The notes below the pieces were generated by a model. The model was not told where the DNA came from. It did no database searches and saw only the letters and a program-made list of their open reading frames with translations. The translations under genes and the position numbers were made by a program. From the NCBI GenBank assembly GCA_964188305.1, contig OZ076895.1: 64,000 nucleotides of DNA; one strand, written 5' to 3'. This DNA is from Podarcis bocagei. Lineage: Eukaryota. Below, in pieces: positions 1 through 11,685 of this stretch; the first letter of the stretch is position 1; each line of letters opens with the position of its first letter.

Positions 1-1238
1 TGGCTTGCACCACTCGAAATAATAAACAGAAAAACTATCAATATGGGAGGAAATTGGGCAACATACAACCAACTAGTAATTAAAGTGGAGGGGAAATGGA
101 GAATCAAACCCTACGAGACGATTAGAGAATATGTGTATGATTGGTTTAGTCATCAACAGATTAACCAGATGCTTAGTAGAGACATTAAAGAAAGAGGGTA
201 TGCAGATAAAGACTCAAAATTCCAGACGGAAATAATAAACAACAAGGTGAAAAACATATCCAAAGCATACAGGATGCTGTTAGACTGGAATCTGGGAGAC
301 GAGGAGGTGAAATCAGTGATGATTCGTTGGGCAAAAGACGTAGGCCACAGTATACAATATGAGGATTGGGAAAAATTATGGAAAGATGGATTGAATTTTA
401 CAGCGTGTACGGCGTTAAAAGAAAATGTTATGAAGATGTTTTATAGGTGGCATCTGACACCTGTAAAACTCTCAAAAATGTACAAGGTGAACAACAAGTG
501 TTGGAGATGTAAAGACGTAGAGGGCACTTTCTACCATATGTGGTGGGAGTGCGGAAAGGTAAAACAATTCTGGGAAAAGGTATATACAGAATTGAAAAAG
601 ATATTAAAGTACACGTTTATAAAAAAATCAGAAATTTTCCTATTAGGAATATTACAACGAGAGATAAGAAAGGAGGATTGCAGAATGGTATACTATGCGG
701 CTACGGCAGCAAGGATCTTAATAGCTCAAAGATGGAAACAGGAAGAAACTCCTACAATAGAGGAGTGGAGATGTAAACTAACAGAATATGCAGAGCTGGA
801 TAAATTAACGGGAAAGATCAGATATATAAAAGACCAAGTATTTATCAGGGACTGGGGAAAATATGCAAATTATCTGGAAAATATCAGCGATGGACAAATA
901 ACGCTAAGGGGGTTTAGAGATGTATTGTGATAGACCAAGGTTATTGTATAAGGAAAACAGAGAACAAAATTGGACACAATGACAATATAAAAGATGAAAC
1001 GTGTGACTTTATTTATTTACTCCGCATGATTCGCGGCCAGGCTGAAGGAAGTCCCAAAAGAAAGAAATATGTTATGAAAAAACTATGGAAATAAGAACTT
1101 TGCACGCTTTTTCTTTTTTTGTTGTGATTGAGAATTTTTGTGTTTTTTTTTTTTTTTGTATGTTGGTGTTTTGGTGATCTTTTGTGTGTGTTTTGTCTTT
1201 ATGGAATAAAATAAAAAGAATTTGAAAAAAAAAAAAAG
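1..1238 (+). mobile_element. L1-clade LINE 3' end: ORF2 C-terminus (to 930), 3' UTR, poly(A)
   Basis: 295 uninterrupted codons with the L1 CCHC knuckle CWRC-x8-HMWWEC; AATAAA near 1206 and A-run to about 1238. Confidence 0.9.
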
Positions 1239-2149
1239 AATGTAAGGAGGAACAGACCATTTTAAATCCCAGGTCGATGAACATATCTCTGTAAAGGAGA
1301 AATTGAACAAGTTACTAAAATTAAAAGAAAAACAAAGAACAAAGTTTTGTGAATGAGCTGAAATCAGTGAAAGATTCATACAACCAGCTCACTTTACAAA
1401 ATGCAAAAAAAGAAGGGATGAAGATTTAGCTAATTTATCCAGACAACTTGCTGAACATACTGACCATCTAGAAATTGTCAAAAGGTCATTGCCACCGTCA
1501 CACTAGTGGAAGAAGCAGGCAAGTTCATGTTTGGCCAGGAGATGCATGTGAATGTGCCCCATTTGGTTCTCACCCTTATGGAATATAAGGGGTATACAGG
1601 CTGAAACAGGCTTTGCCCAACCCATTGAGAAGTCTGCAGGCGCAGTGGAAGCTTGTGAAGCAGACGTGCCTGATGTTCTAGAGAGACCAAAGGGTCCTAG
1701 TCATTTTAAGGGCCAGCGTTGATTCTTGGCTGTTGGAAATACTCCAAGGGAGGAAGCCCTGGGTAGCATGGCAGCCACTGAAGACAGCATGTCAGGCCAC
1801 AGTGGCAGCCAGACCAGAGGGGGCTGGAAGCCCAGAAGGGGCTGTGGGATGCCCAGAAAGCCCAGAGGGGGCTAGAGGATGCCCAGAAAAAGTACCAAGC
1901 CCAGAGGGGGCTGAGGCTGTTTTGGGAAGTTGTTTCTACGCTTCAATAAATCTGTGTGATGGACTGTGGGCTGGAGAGAGGCTGAGACCTGGGAAGAGGA
2001 AGGCAGTTACAAGTTGTTCCTCAGGCAGCAGAGCACCCAGAAGTGGGGGTGCAAGCCAGGCAAGCCGTTCCAAGAGCTCTAAGAAAGCCAAAGTCTCCAA
2101 GAGTTGTTTGTGTTTTGAGGCGAAGTCCAACAGCAAAAGGCATTGCCCT

Positions 2150-3415
2150 GCATGTCCAGAAGTTGAGACGTTACTGGAAGCAGTATGGGGTCCCGAAGAG
2201 ATTGCCGTGATGCACTGCAAAGCCCATGGGAGAGGCCGGGACATGGTCACTAGGGGCAACCGGAAGGCAGACAACGCAGCTCGTGAAGCAGCTTTGAAAC
2301 CTCCACCAGCACTCAACGCAGCCCTCATCCCACAACTCACTCCAGACGATGTGGAACCACGCTACACACCGGAGGAGCAACAGTGGGCACGCCAGGAAGG
2401 AGCAACACTCCAGGAGGGATGGTTCCGTCTACCAGAAAACCGTGTTTTTGTGCCCCAACATCTGGCTACCGTGATTGTGAAGAATTACCACGAGTCCACT
2501 CATCTAGGGGGTCCAGCTGCCAGAGCACACCTTGGGAGACTTTTCTATATCACTAACCTTTCTCAACTAGTTGCTGCTATATCCCAGAGGTGTGTCCTGT
2601 GCGCCAAGAACACCCCCAGACAAGGCCACCTCCCCCCACCGGGTGTACAACACGTGGGCTTTACCCCTATGGAAAGCCTGATTGTGGACTTCACTGAATT
2701 GCCTCCAGCTAGGGGTATCAAATACCTGCTTGTGTTTGTCTTCACGCTGACGGGCTGGACAGAGGCATACCCCACTAGAACAGAGATACCTCGTGAAGTG
2801 ACCAAGAAACTCTTGTATGAACTCATACCCCGATTTGGCCTCCCCAGAAGTATTGGCAGTGACAATGGCCCTGCCTTCATTGATAAAGTTGTGCAAGAAG
2901 TGTGCAAGGCGCTGCAGATAAACTGAAGGCTACACGCAGCCTACAGACCCCAGAGTTTGGGAAAACCTGAGCGTATGAATCGCACCTTGAAGGCCTACTT
3001 GGCCAAGTTGACCCAGGAGACGGGACTACACTGGATAGATGTCCTGCCCATTGCCTTGTTTCGGATTTGGAGTGCTCCAACCAAGAGACTGAGACTATCA
3101 CCCTTTGAACTTTTGTATGGCAGGCCACCCCTTTCGGCCGAGACATCCCCGCCAGTTTGGGGCGGGTGGGAGATCACATCACTCAGGAACAAGTGCAATT
3201 CCTGTCCCCGTGTGTGTTTGCTTCCCTTTCCAGGTACTACCTCGAGCCTACACCGTGCAGTCTCGCTGAGCCGGTCCACCAGTTCCAGCTGGGTGACAGC
3301 GTGGAAGCGCAACCCCCTCATCCCTAAGTGGCGAGGCCCGTATACCGTCCTCCTCTCCATCCCAACTGCGGTGAGAGTAGCCGACGTGACTCCCTGGGTG
3401 CATCACACGCGTCTG
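2150..3415 (+). pseudogene. pol: ERV pol: RNase H C-terminus + integrase, disrupted
   Basis: HHCC (HESTH..CVLC), DFTELP, IGSDNGPAF, RPQS.G..ERMNRTLK and WRGPY motifs; in-frame TGA at 2924-2926; compensating frameshifts around 3130-3300. Confidence 0.92.
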
Positions 3416-4498
3416 ATCATCACCTTGTGTCTGACGCTACCGGAAACGCGTTGGGCCACGGGCAACGTGATCCTGCGACTGATCATCACAAGGACTTTCA
3501 CAAGGACTTTCCCCTTTTCTCTATTATGTTCTGTATTGATTTGCTCTATGTCCTACTGCCCTTTTTGCTCTATGTCCTATTGTCCTGACCCCACTGAGCC
3601 ATACCAACCCTATTGGCCTGCGGACCTCTGCTATGACTGGTTCGTCTTGCCAGTGGTAAGAAATGGCGTGCTCATTGGTTATTGGGAACAGGGCTTTGAT
3701 GAGGTTGCCGTATTGAAACATCCCACTACCCCACTGTGGCTTCTCTTCCACACCACTGTCCATGGGTACTGCTCCTACGGGAAGTTGCAGAGACGGTCAA
3801 AATCTATCGAGTTCTGGACCGCTCTTGATGTTGTGGGGGGGGGGTAACCAACTGTCAATCGGGAGGTAGAGCACTGTACCAACCCCATCTGGTAGACCAG
3901 GTCCTAATCTTAATCCAGGTGTTGCATGGGACGGAGCCTATCTTAATGCAAATATTGCAGGGGAGGGAGCCTGAACCAGGTGTGCATTGAAATTGCTGAA
4001 CAAGTGCCAGTAAATCCTGCAGCCCCACCTGTGGTTGTCGTGGTGGCTCGAGCCTCCCAAAAATCTCAGAATACTGCCTGGACTACTGGGCCTGGTAACT
4101 CCACATCTAATGCCCTTGAATGTGGTAGGGTATTCTTGTGGCTGCATAAGGGTTGCCACCCCAGGCTTCAGCCTCCATAGGCCCTGGTCAGAGACCACAT
4201 AGGTGACCTCCACCCAGTAGGACCAGCCTTTGAACTTTACAGAGTCTATTGCCATCCCTATAGCTCCCGAGGCCTAACAGTGTATCAGTGCCAGGCGGCC
4301 ACTTTTCCCTGTGCAGAGTGGGAATGTTTTGTGTGTAGACGCTGTTCACGCCTCAGTAGGGCCAGGAGTTAGAGGCCCACATGACCTGGCCTTCGTGGGC
4401 CACCATCCCTTTGGCTTGTGGTATTACCCTTTTTGTGGTATTTCTGTGTTGGTGGTACAGTTCTTCGTTCTGGGCCACTGAACATTCCTCGAATCAGG

Positions 4499-4905
4499 AT
4501 GTGGATCATACCCTGCCTCCTGATGGTTCTCACCTCTCAAATGGCCACAGGGTGGAAGGAAAACACCTTCCTGAATATGACAACAGCTGTAGCTAAGAGC
4601 CTGAACAGGTCTGAATTTTACAGGCTGATTTGTACCACAAAATTAGTCTAGATGGTGCAGGTCTCCCCAGTGTATGTAGTTGAATTAGTTCTTAGCTCCC
4701 AGGTTGGTCATGGTTAAAAGAGATTTTGCTTGTGATTTTACTTCTCTTCGTTACCATATTACTCTTATCATGCTTTTTGCCTTGCCTTATTCAGATTGTA
4801 CGCCAAATGGTAAGCCGCTCAGTTAATGCAGCAACACGTACCTATATCCTGGCTCTCTATGATGTTGCACCTATAGGTCCATCAAGCGAAAATGGAGAAC
4901 CGTGA
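4499..4905 (+). pseudogene. env: ERV env with large internal deletion: signal peptide/N-terminus joined out of frame to the TM C-terminus
   Basis: MWIIPCLLMVLTSQMATGWKENTFLNMTTAVAKSLNRSE, then in a shifted frame QADLYHKISL..S*ISS*LPGWSWLKEILLVILLLFVTILLLSCFLPCLIQ..EP*, immediately before the PPT. Confidence 0.8.
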
Positions 4906-4938
4906 CCGGTCAGCATTTTCGTGATGGAAAGGGGGGAA

Positions 4939-5659
4939 TGCAGGGGTGAAGGTCAGGATGACCAATAGAGAGCCAGGCTAAGAATCTCTGAAGCCATATT
5001 ATAGAGCCATCTAAAAGCTAAAAGCACAAAGTCATTTTAGAAAGCTAAAGACTATTTCTCTTTCTCATGTTTGTCACTTTGCCACCTTTTGCAGAGGCAG
5101 CAAGCATGCAAGCTTGTGGGTGCAGCTAGCTTGCCCCTGCAGGAAGTTTGCCAGTTGAGGTTAAGCCATTTCTGAGAAACGACCCCTGACAAAGGCAAGT
5201 AGCAGGATGTTTGCTGACCGCCAGGCTCCAGATATAACGCTTAGGTGTGAAGTTGCTAAACCACAAGGACATTTCTTGGAAGCGGGGGGTTCAGGGGCAC
5301 TTCCTGGAACTAGTACAGAGGTTAAGTAGATTATAAGCCAGTAGCGCCACCTAGTGGAATAGGCAACTTGGAACCGAAAGGACACACCAAATTTATTCAT
5401 TGGTTGAGCTTTAATGAATATGCATCAATGACCATAGGAAATTGTCAATCATTGGCTAAAGGGATGCCAAGGGGCCGAACTGTGCTTTGCAGAAAGATAT
5501 ATAAGTTGACTGCCCCAAAGGGGGGGTGGGCATTCTTCATTTTCCTGAATGCACCCTATTTGCTTTTTGTCTGACAAAAATCCAAATAAAAACTTTTTCT
5601 TTAAGAAACTTTGCTGCCTGATTTTTACATTCCTGGTCTGAATACCGAAGTCCCTTTCA
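4939..5659 (+). mobile_element. ERV 3' LTR (721 bp)
   Basis: Preceded by polypurine tract GGAAAGGGGGGAA (4926-4938); termini TGCAGGGG...CCCTTTCA; TATA-like ATATATAAG near 5497; AATAAA 5585-5590. Confidence 0.85.
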
Positions 5660-5729
5660 CTTTTATATATTTGAACATGGCTATCATATCACCCCTTAAC
5701 CTCCTCTTCTCCAGGCTAAATATGCCCAG
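5660..5729 (-). mobile_element. CR1 LINE fragment abutting the LTR
   Basis: Near-identical to 60448-60517 of the minus-strand CR1 copy. Confidence 0.85.
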
Positions 5730-6813
5730 TTTTGTTGATAGAAGTTTTATTGCTAAGCCTCCATTCATCAAAAGAAGTCTGATATCCATTTACATAGCTT
5801 CTATAAGGAAGGCCAGAGTCTCAGAAGGTCTTTGCTCCCACTCAAAGCATTTTAATAATACTCTCTGATTTTCAAGCCTCCCACGATATAAGACTTTTTG
5901 CAGTGTTATTAGCTTGGAGCTCAATTTACATCAAAGCACTATTGCTAAATGCCCACACTGGAAGGATCCACCTGAAATGTTGCTTCTATTACTGCCTTTA
6001 TCTACATTGCCGTTATTTGTATTTTCATATTCACTTATGTCTGCATCTTCTTGGAAAAGTGGTGTTGCCCAAATGGAAATGAATTGTGGAGGAGCCTCAT
6101 AGTTTGTATTGTGTTTGCTATTTCAAGCCTTCATTTCAGGAACAAAAGTGGATGATTTAGGAAGTGGAGTTTTTGGAAAGTTTTAGGAATCACATGTTTG
6201 TTGCGGAAGGTGGAAGTTGGCAGGAGGCTTTGGAGAGCTGGCTGGGAGAAAGTGTGAACAAGAGGACGTGGCAAGGAGACCCACCACAGCAGGAACCACC
6301 ACCACCGCTCTCCAGGTGTTTTCAACTGTACTTCTGCTGTAGTGGGAAATCATAATTCTCCATAGTCAATAGCGGTTTGCAAAGTGATGGGAACCACTGT
6401 TGGTGATCCATATGGAGACAATTTGGGACTTCTAGATTCCACAACGCAGCCCTCGAGTTTAAGGAACTCATTATCACCCCCGTGTCCAAAAAACGTGAGA
6501 TGTGTCCCTCTGCATCACTCAGTTCTCAGAGGTCACTCAGAGGTCACATGGGACATGACACAATGAGAACGAGGCTGCACTACGAAAGGTACACTGTCTC
6601 CAATCCAGATAGCGTATGTTTAACTCTTTTCTGCTGTTCTATAATGTAATCATGATTACTTGAGTGAAAGTAGTTATTTGCTGATTGATTTTACTAGAAG
6701 TGTTTCAGAGCATTCATTTGCAGCGCTAAAACATCTGCAGCAGCTTTGTAGAGCTATAGCACTGCCATATATGTTGACATCACTGGAGAATAATATCCAG
6801 TGGTAGATATAGC

Positions 6814-6987
6814 CAGTGCTTTTTCTAGGGGGACACAGGGGGATCCATACCCCTAAACATGTTGTGAATCTTTGTCCTTTTGTCCATTTACTGTATTTAT
6901 TTCCCCCGATTTGAACTATAAAATGGTGGTTTTTCTTGAGTAAAAATAAGAGTACACCTAAACATTTTTAGAGGGGGAAAAGCACTG
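6814..6987. mobile_element. hAT-type MITE
   Basis: TIR CAGTGCTTTT...AAAAGCACTG, 8-bp TSD GATATAGC; same family as 23482-23896. Confidence 0.88.
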
Positions 6988-9900
6988 GATATAGCCCAGG
7001 GCACCCTCACCATAGGTAACTCTCATTCCTCCATTACATTACAGGTAAAGGTATCCACAGTAACAATCAGGAAGCTCACATTTGGCTATCTCTGTGCAGA
7101 TCTAAATTGGCTTAACTTCTAGCAACTCCACTGCAGTCCAGGAGTCTCAGACTATTTATAGAATACAATTCTATAAATTGGACATGCTTTGAAGGCTGAT
7201 CTACAGAGAAAGATCGAGGTAAGATTTTTGCATCTGAGAGGCATCTTCATTGTGCAAGTGAGCAGGATAATATCATTTTTCTTCTCTACAATTATTGTTT
7301 TCCTTCTTAAAATCTAATCAGCATTTTTCTTTTTAGAAAACAATTCCTCTTCCTATTACATTTAACTACGTTTAGTGAAGAAGGCAAAGGTATTATTGTC
7401 ATGACGTAATCCCAAACATGAGAGTTCCTGGATTTCTTCTAGAATTACACGGTTTCCAACCTATAAATGCCTTTGTGTTGATTAATGGCATCTGTTTACA
7501 CAGATAATTAAGTAATTTATGTGCCCTGCACCTTATCTTTAAGCAGAACAACACTTTGAGCATCATTTTAATTGTTCTTTGAGGGTTGTGTGATACATGT
7601 GGTTACAATTAATGGAAATACAAACAAAGATAAATGATAGCTACTGTAGCTTTTTCTGAGAGGTCTCTCTTAACTTGATAAGGCTATCAATGACTACAAG
7701 CCATCATGACTTCAGTATTGGAGGCAGTGTGCAGCTGTATGCAGGTTGCCACAAGCAATTTCCCCTAAGATTTTGTATGCTATTTTCACTAATGTGTGCA
7801 TTTTATTCACACTTTCCCCTAATATACACATTTTTGTACATATGGATTGGACAACTGCATCACAAAATATGGAGAACTGCGAATTTCGAAGGATTATCAT
7901 GTTTCAGTTTCCATATTGGTTTGAGAGGTGTGAATTAGCTATTTACTCATTAAAATGCAAAAAAAATCAAAATTCTCTCCCATCCCTATTTGGGCATGAG
8001 GTAGGTTTACTCTGGGCAGGAAAAAATGCAATAATCATCAGCCTTCTAAAATCCGAAAGAAAGCCACATTTACAAGGGTGAGTCATTGCAGAGACAGATT
8101 AGTAGTGTGCATGTTTTGGATTTTTACTAGCAGGGTTTTGTTATTTAAAGCCATGTTTGGGTATCTGAAAATATTAAAACATAATCTCCAATGGCCACAT
8201 AATGATAAGTGAATATAAGAAACCTTATTAGGGCCATGGACATTACCCATTACACTAAGAATCCCATTGATGTGGTCTGTTTCATACTTAACGGCTTCTG
8301 CTAGAACATAACAAACTGATCCATGGCTGGAGATTTTCTTCCCCCAGCCATTCCACCCCACAAATACGTCCAACCTGTGCCTGAGGCGCTAAGAACATCA
8401 ATCCCACAGAGACCCTGAGTCAGCATGAGGAACGACGGATGAGTCAGATTCAAAGTCTCACTAGGAATACATCAGGCAATAAACAGTGCTTGTGGGTAAC
8501 CTGCAAAAACCATTGTGTGACCCCACCAGTACTGTTAGGCTTACTCCTTTACTGATGCAGGAAAGGAGAACATGAACTATAAACTTGATAGGTTCAAGAG
8601 AAACACTACGGCATTAGGAAAACATGACTGAGGTTGGAGCCTCTAACATTTGGAAGGACTATTGGGCTGGACTTCATGTGCCCTAATACTAAGTTGGCCT
8701 CCTAAACAAGACTATATTCTTCAGCCTATTAAAAGAAAGAAAAGAAAAGAAATTCCTGGTGGCATTCAGCTGAGGGTGCATTCAGATATACGGATTATTG
8801 GGTTAGTTTTCCTTGTTATAAGGCTAGTGTTTCCTTTTGGGTTCCTAATGTTCTTTTTGAATTGCATTATCTCTTGCATTATTGCATTGTATCTTTTTGA
8901 TCAATATACTGCCATGCCACACTTTTATTCACACCAGTGGGCATAGCATGCCACATCAGCAGACCTCATTTGACATGTTGCCAGCCTTTCTGTGCATGTG
9001 TTTTTCTGTTCCCCCAGGTGGGAAAGAACCGTCTTATGGAATGCCACCCCAAATTTTGCAGCACGGCATGATCTATGAAAGCAGTGGGAACATTATACCG
9101 CAAAACTCCCATGATTTGCCAAGTTCACAAGGGTGCAAACAGATTTTTGCCTAAGATCCAGGACAAAGTGAAGCCTTTCAGAAATCCGGGTAATGTCCGG
9201 AAAAATCCAGACATATGGCAGTCCTAACCATGCCACAGACATAAAAATCAGGAAGAAGATTCAGTGCATGGATCCACAAATCATGCCATACGTTTGTTCA
9301 TAGTCAGTGATTTCATTGAAATTGCTCCTGGTTTACGTATGAATAAGTAGATTTGATTGCAATACTATGACTTTGAAATTGTTGACAATTTTTTTGATGT
9401 CTAGATCTTAAAGATGGGAACAATGTGATGGTGAAGGAGGTTCTACTTTGTGCATCTGCATCTTTTTCTGCCAGTGTGTACAAGTGTGCAAGAGAGAGGG
9501 AAGAGATCTTTCTTATAAAAGGTAGAATTCAAGCTTCATTCAAGTGACGGCAGTGACCTCAGCTAGCATCAGTTACTGTTCTCAGTTTTAGCCCTTAAAT
9601 GTACATATGAAATGCAGCAGAGATAACTGTCTCAGGGGGCTGTTACAACCCACATGAAGTCATGCACTTTATATGAAATTCCTGTCATGTAAGATGTATT
9701 TGGATCAAGTTCACTAAGAAACTTCTCTTTGTTTTAAGAAAGATGAATCTATTACTTGAAACAAAACACTAAGAGAATGAGCAAATTACTAGGGTAGAAA
9801 ATTGACACTGGAACACACTGTGGCATAATTAAGGATCCCATTTTATTGTAGGGAATTATTGATATATAAATGTATTTCTGTGCCACATTATAAAATATAA

Positions 9901-11380
9901 AGACAATGTTCACTATGAAATATAAAACACTATTTCAATTTTTTTAAAAAAAAATACAGATAATCATTAAAGTGACTGGTTAATCAGGAATTAAATGGCT
10001 GAAAAGCCTGTCTTTGGGTGGATCTACACGCAGGAAAAACCCGCTATAAATAAGTCAGAAATTAAATCATTATAATAAAAGAAAAAAATGCTATGTGACA
10101 ATCACATAGAAAATGTTTTTGCTGTCTGGCACCATCTGGTGTTGTGTGTTTATAATGCATTCAGAACATTGTGTGTGTTTTTTACTAATGTAGCTGAGTC
10201 CTTTAAGAGATGCCTGAAATTCACAAGTGAGAATGTCTGCTGATTCTTTGCTGGAAGAGTGTTCCCCAGCATGTAATCAGTGACTCTAAATGTCCAACTC
10301 ATTTTTCTGTTCTCACCTAATTGTATATAATAATCCTTCAGGAATATAATAAAGTATGAACAAACAAGGAAATAAATGAAAAGAGGAGCTGAAGTTATTT
10401 GGTACAGGGGTGTTGCTTCAATTTGTCATGTAATCAATTAAATCTAATTTGTGCCTTGTGTCTCTGCATAATACTTGGTTATAACTTTTAGGTAAAAGGC
10501 TACTTCAGCTGTCAGTTTAGAGTGAACTGGGCTCCATATCCTCCTCTGACACTGATTTATATTGAGCCATTAACTTCAAATAAGGCGAAAGCTGACTTTA
10601 AGCAGACTGATCGTGTGAGCTTAAAAGCAAATCCTTTAACAATGCCATAATTTCCCCTAATGAATATTTCTTGTCTCTAAAATGCTGCTTTCTGTTAAAG
10701 GAACAAAGCACACACACCCCAAAGCCTCTGCTGGGTCACTGATGTAGTTTGACACAATAAATTGCCAGTCCCCAATTCCCATATTGTATAATGCAAAAGG
10801 AGACATGGTTATTGTCTGTTAAATAAACATTGTAGAATAAATACCCTGCCATATTGCTCACTCGTGCTACAATGTCATCACTGTGTCGGATTCAACATAA
10901 GTACAGTAATGCATTTTCTTAATAGTAGCTTTCTTTGGGACATGCAGAAATGGCTGCTGTTTTCTGTTATCGGGAGAAATGGCATCAGGCGTGCAAGGTA
11001 GGCCTTTTAAGGGCTAACAGTCCCAATAATTAAATTGAAACATTACATCCAGAGGTGATATATCTGTATGTATGAGATGCTGAGGACCAATTAAGAGAGG
11101 GGTAGCCATTGCTCTCGTACTGTGAGTTTCCTAGAGGCTATTTATTTACTATATTTTTAAGTCGCCCTTCAGCAATGCTGTCAGAATGGCTTATGATAAA
11201 ATAAGAAAACCCACAATTTGAAAACAATCATCATTAAAACTGGGGGATAACCAGCATCATATAACCAACATGCTTACATCTAATTGATGCATGAAGGGGT
11301 TAATAGAGTAAGCTGTCCTCTTCCCATCATCTTGGAACTAGGTAATCAAGCCTTTGCTCTCTGTCTACCTGATGAACTCA

Positions 11381-11685
11381 CAGGGCTGTCTTAAGCATAT
11401 GCTGCGCGGGGTGCAAAGATCTGCCCAGCACCCCCTAGGTTGCCCAGTCCCAGGCGCGCAGGAGGGAGGAGCTGGCCGGCTGCCTCAGCGTCTCGCTGGT
11501 TCAGTCACCCCTGAACTCGCGGCACAGAGCCACCCGCAGCAGAAGATCCCACCATGGCACTCCGACCGATGGGTGGGCTCTTCCCCGGACTCAACTCTCA
11601 GGCCCTAGACTCTCGGCCTGGTTCCCCTGAAAGCCCAGCGCCCGGGTGCCCCGCTCCCCTAGCGCCTATGGGTAAGACGGCCCTG
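11381..11685. mobile_element. GC-rich hAT-type MITE
   Basis: TIR CAGGGCTGTCTTA...TAAGACGGCCCTG, 8-bp TSD TGAACTCA. Confidence 0.88.

Larger units (their letters stand above)
1487..5659 (+). mobile_element. Defective gamma-like (class I) endogenous retrovirus: pol fragments, env fragments, PPT, 3' LTR
   Basis: RT-connection VIATVTLVEEAGKFMFGQ..VPHLVLTLMEYKG (about 1487-1596); RNase H end IAVMHCKAH..GNRKADNAA; integrase; env ends; LTR. Confidence 0.92.

Noticed and set aside
8225-8300. Exon-like EAVKYETDHINGILSVMGNVHGPNK as a cytoplasmic exon
   Set aside because: Weak donor, no recognisable motif, and no linking TM exon found
8545-8725. Strong minus-strand acceptor/donor pair
   Set aside because: Stops in all three frames; cannot be supported as coding
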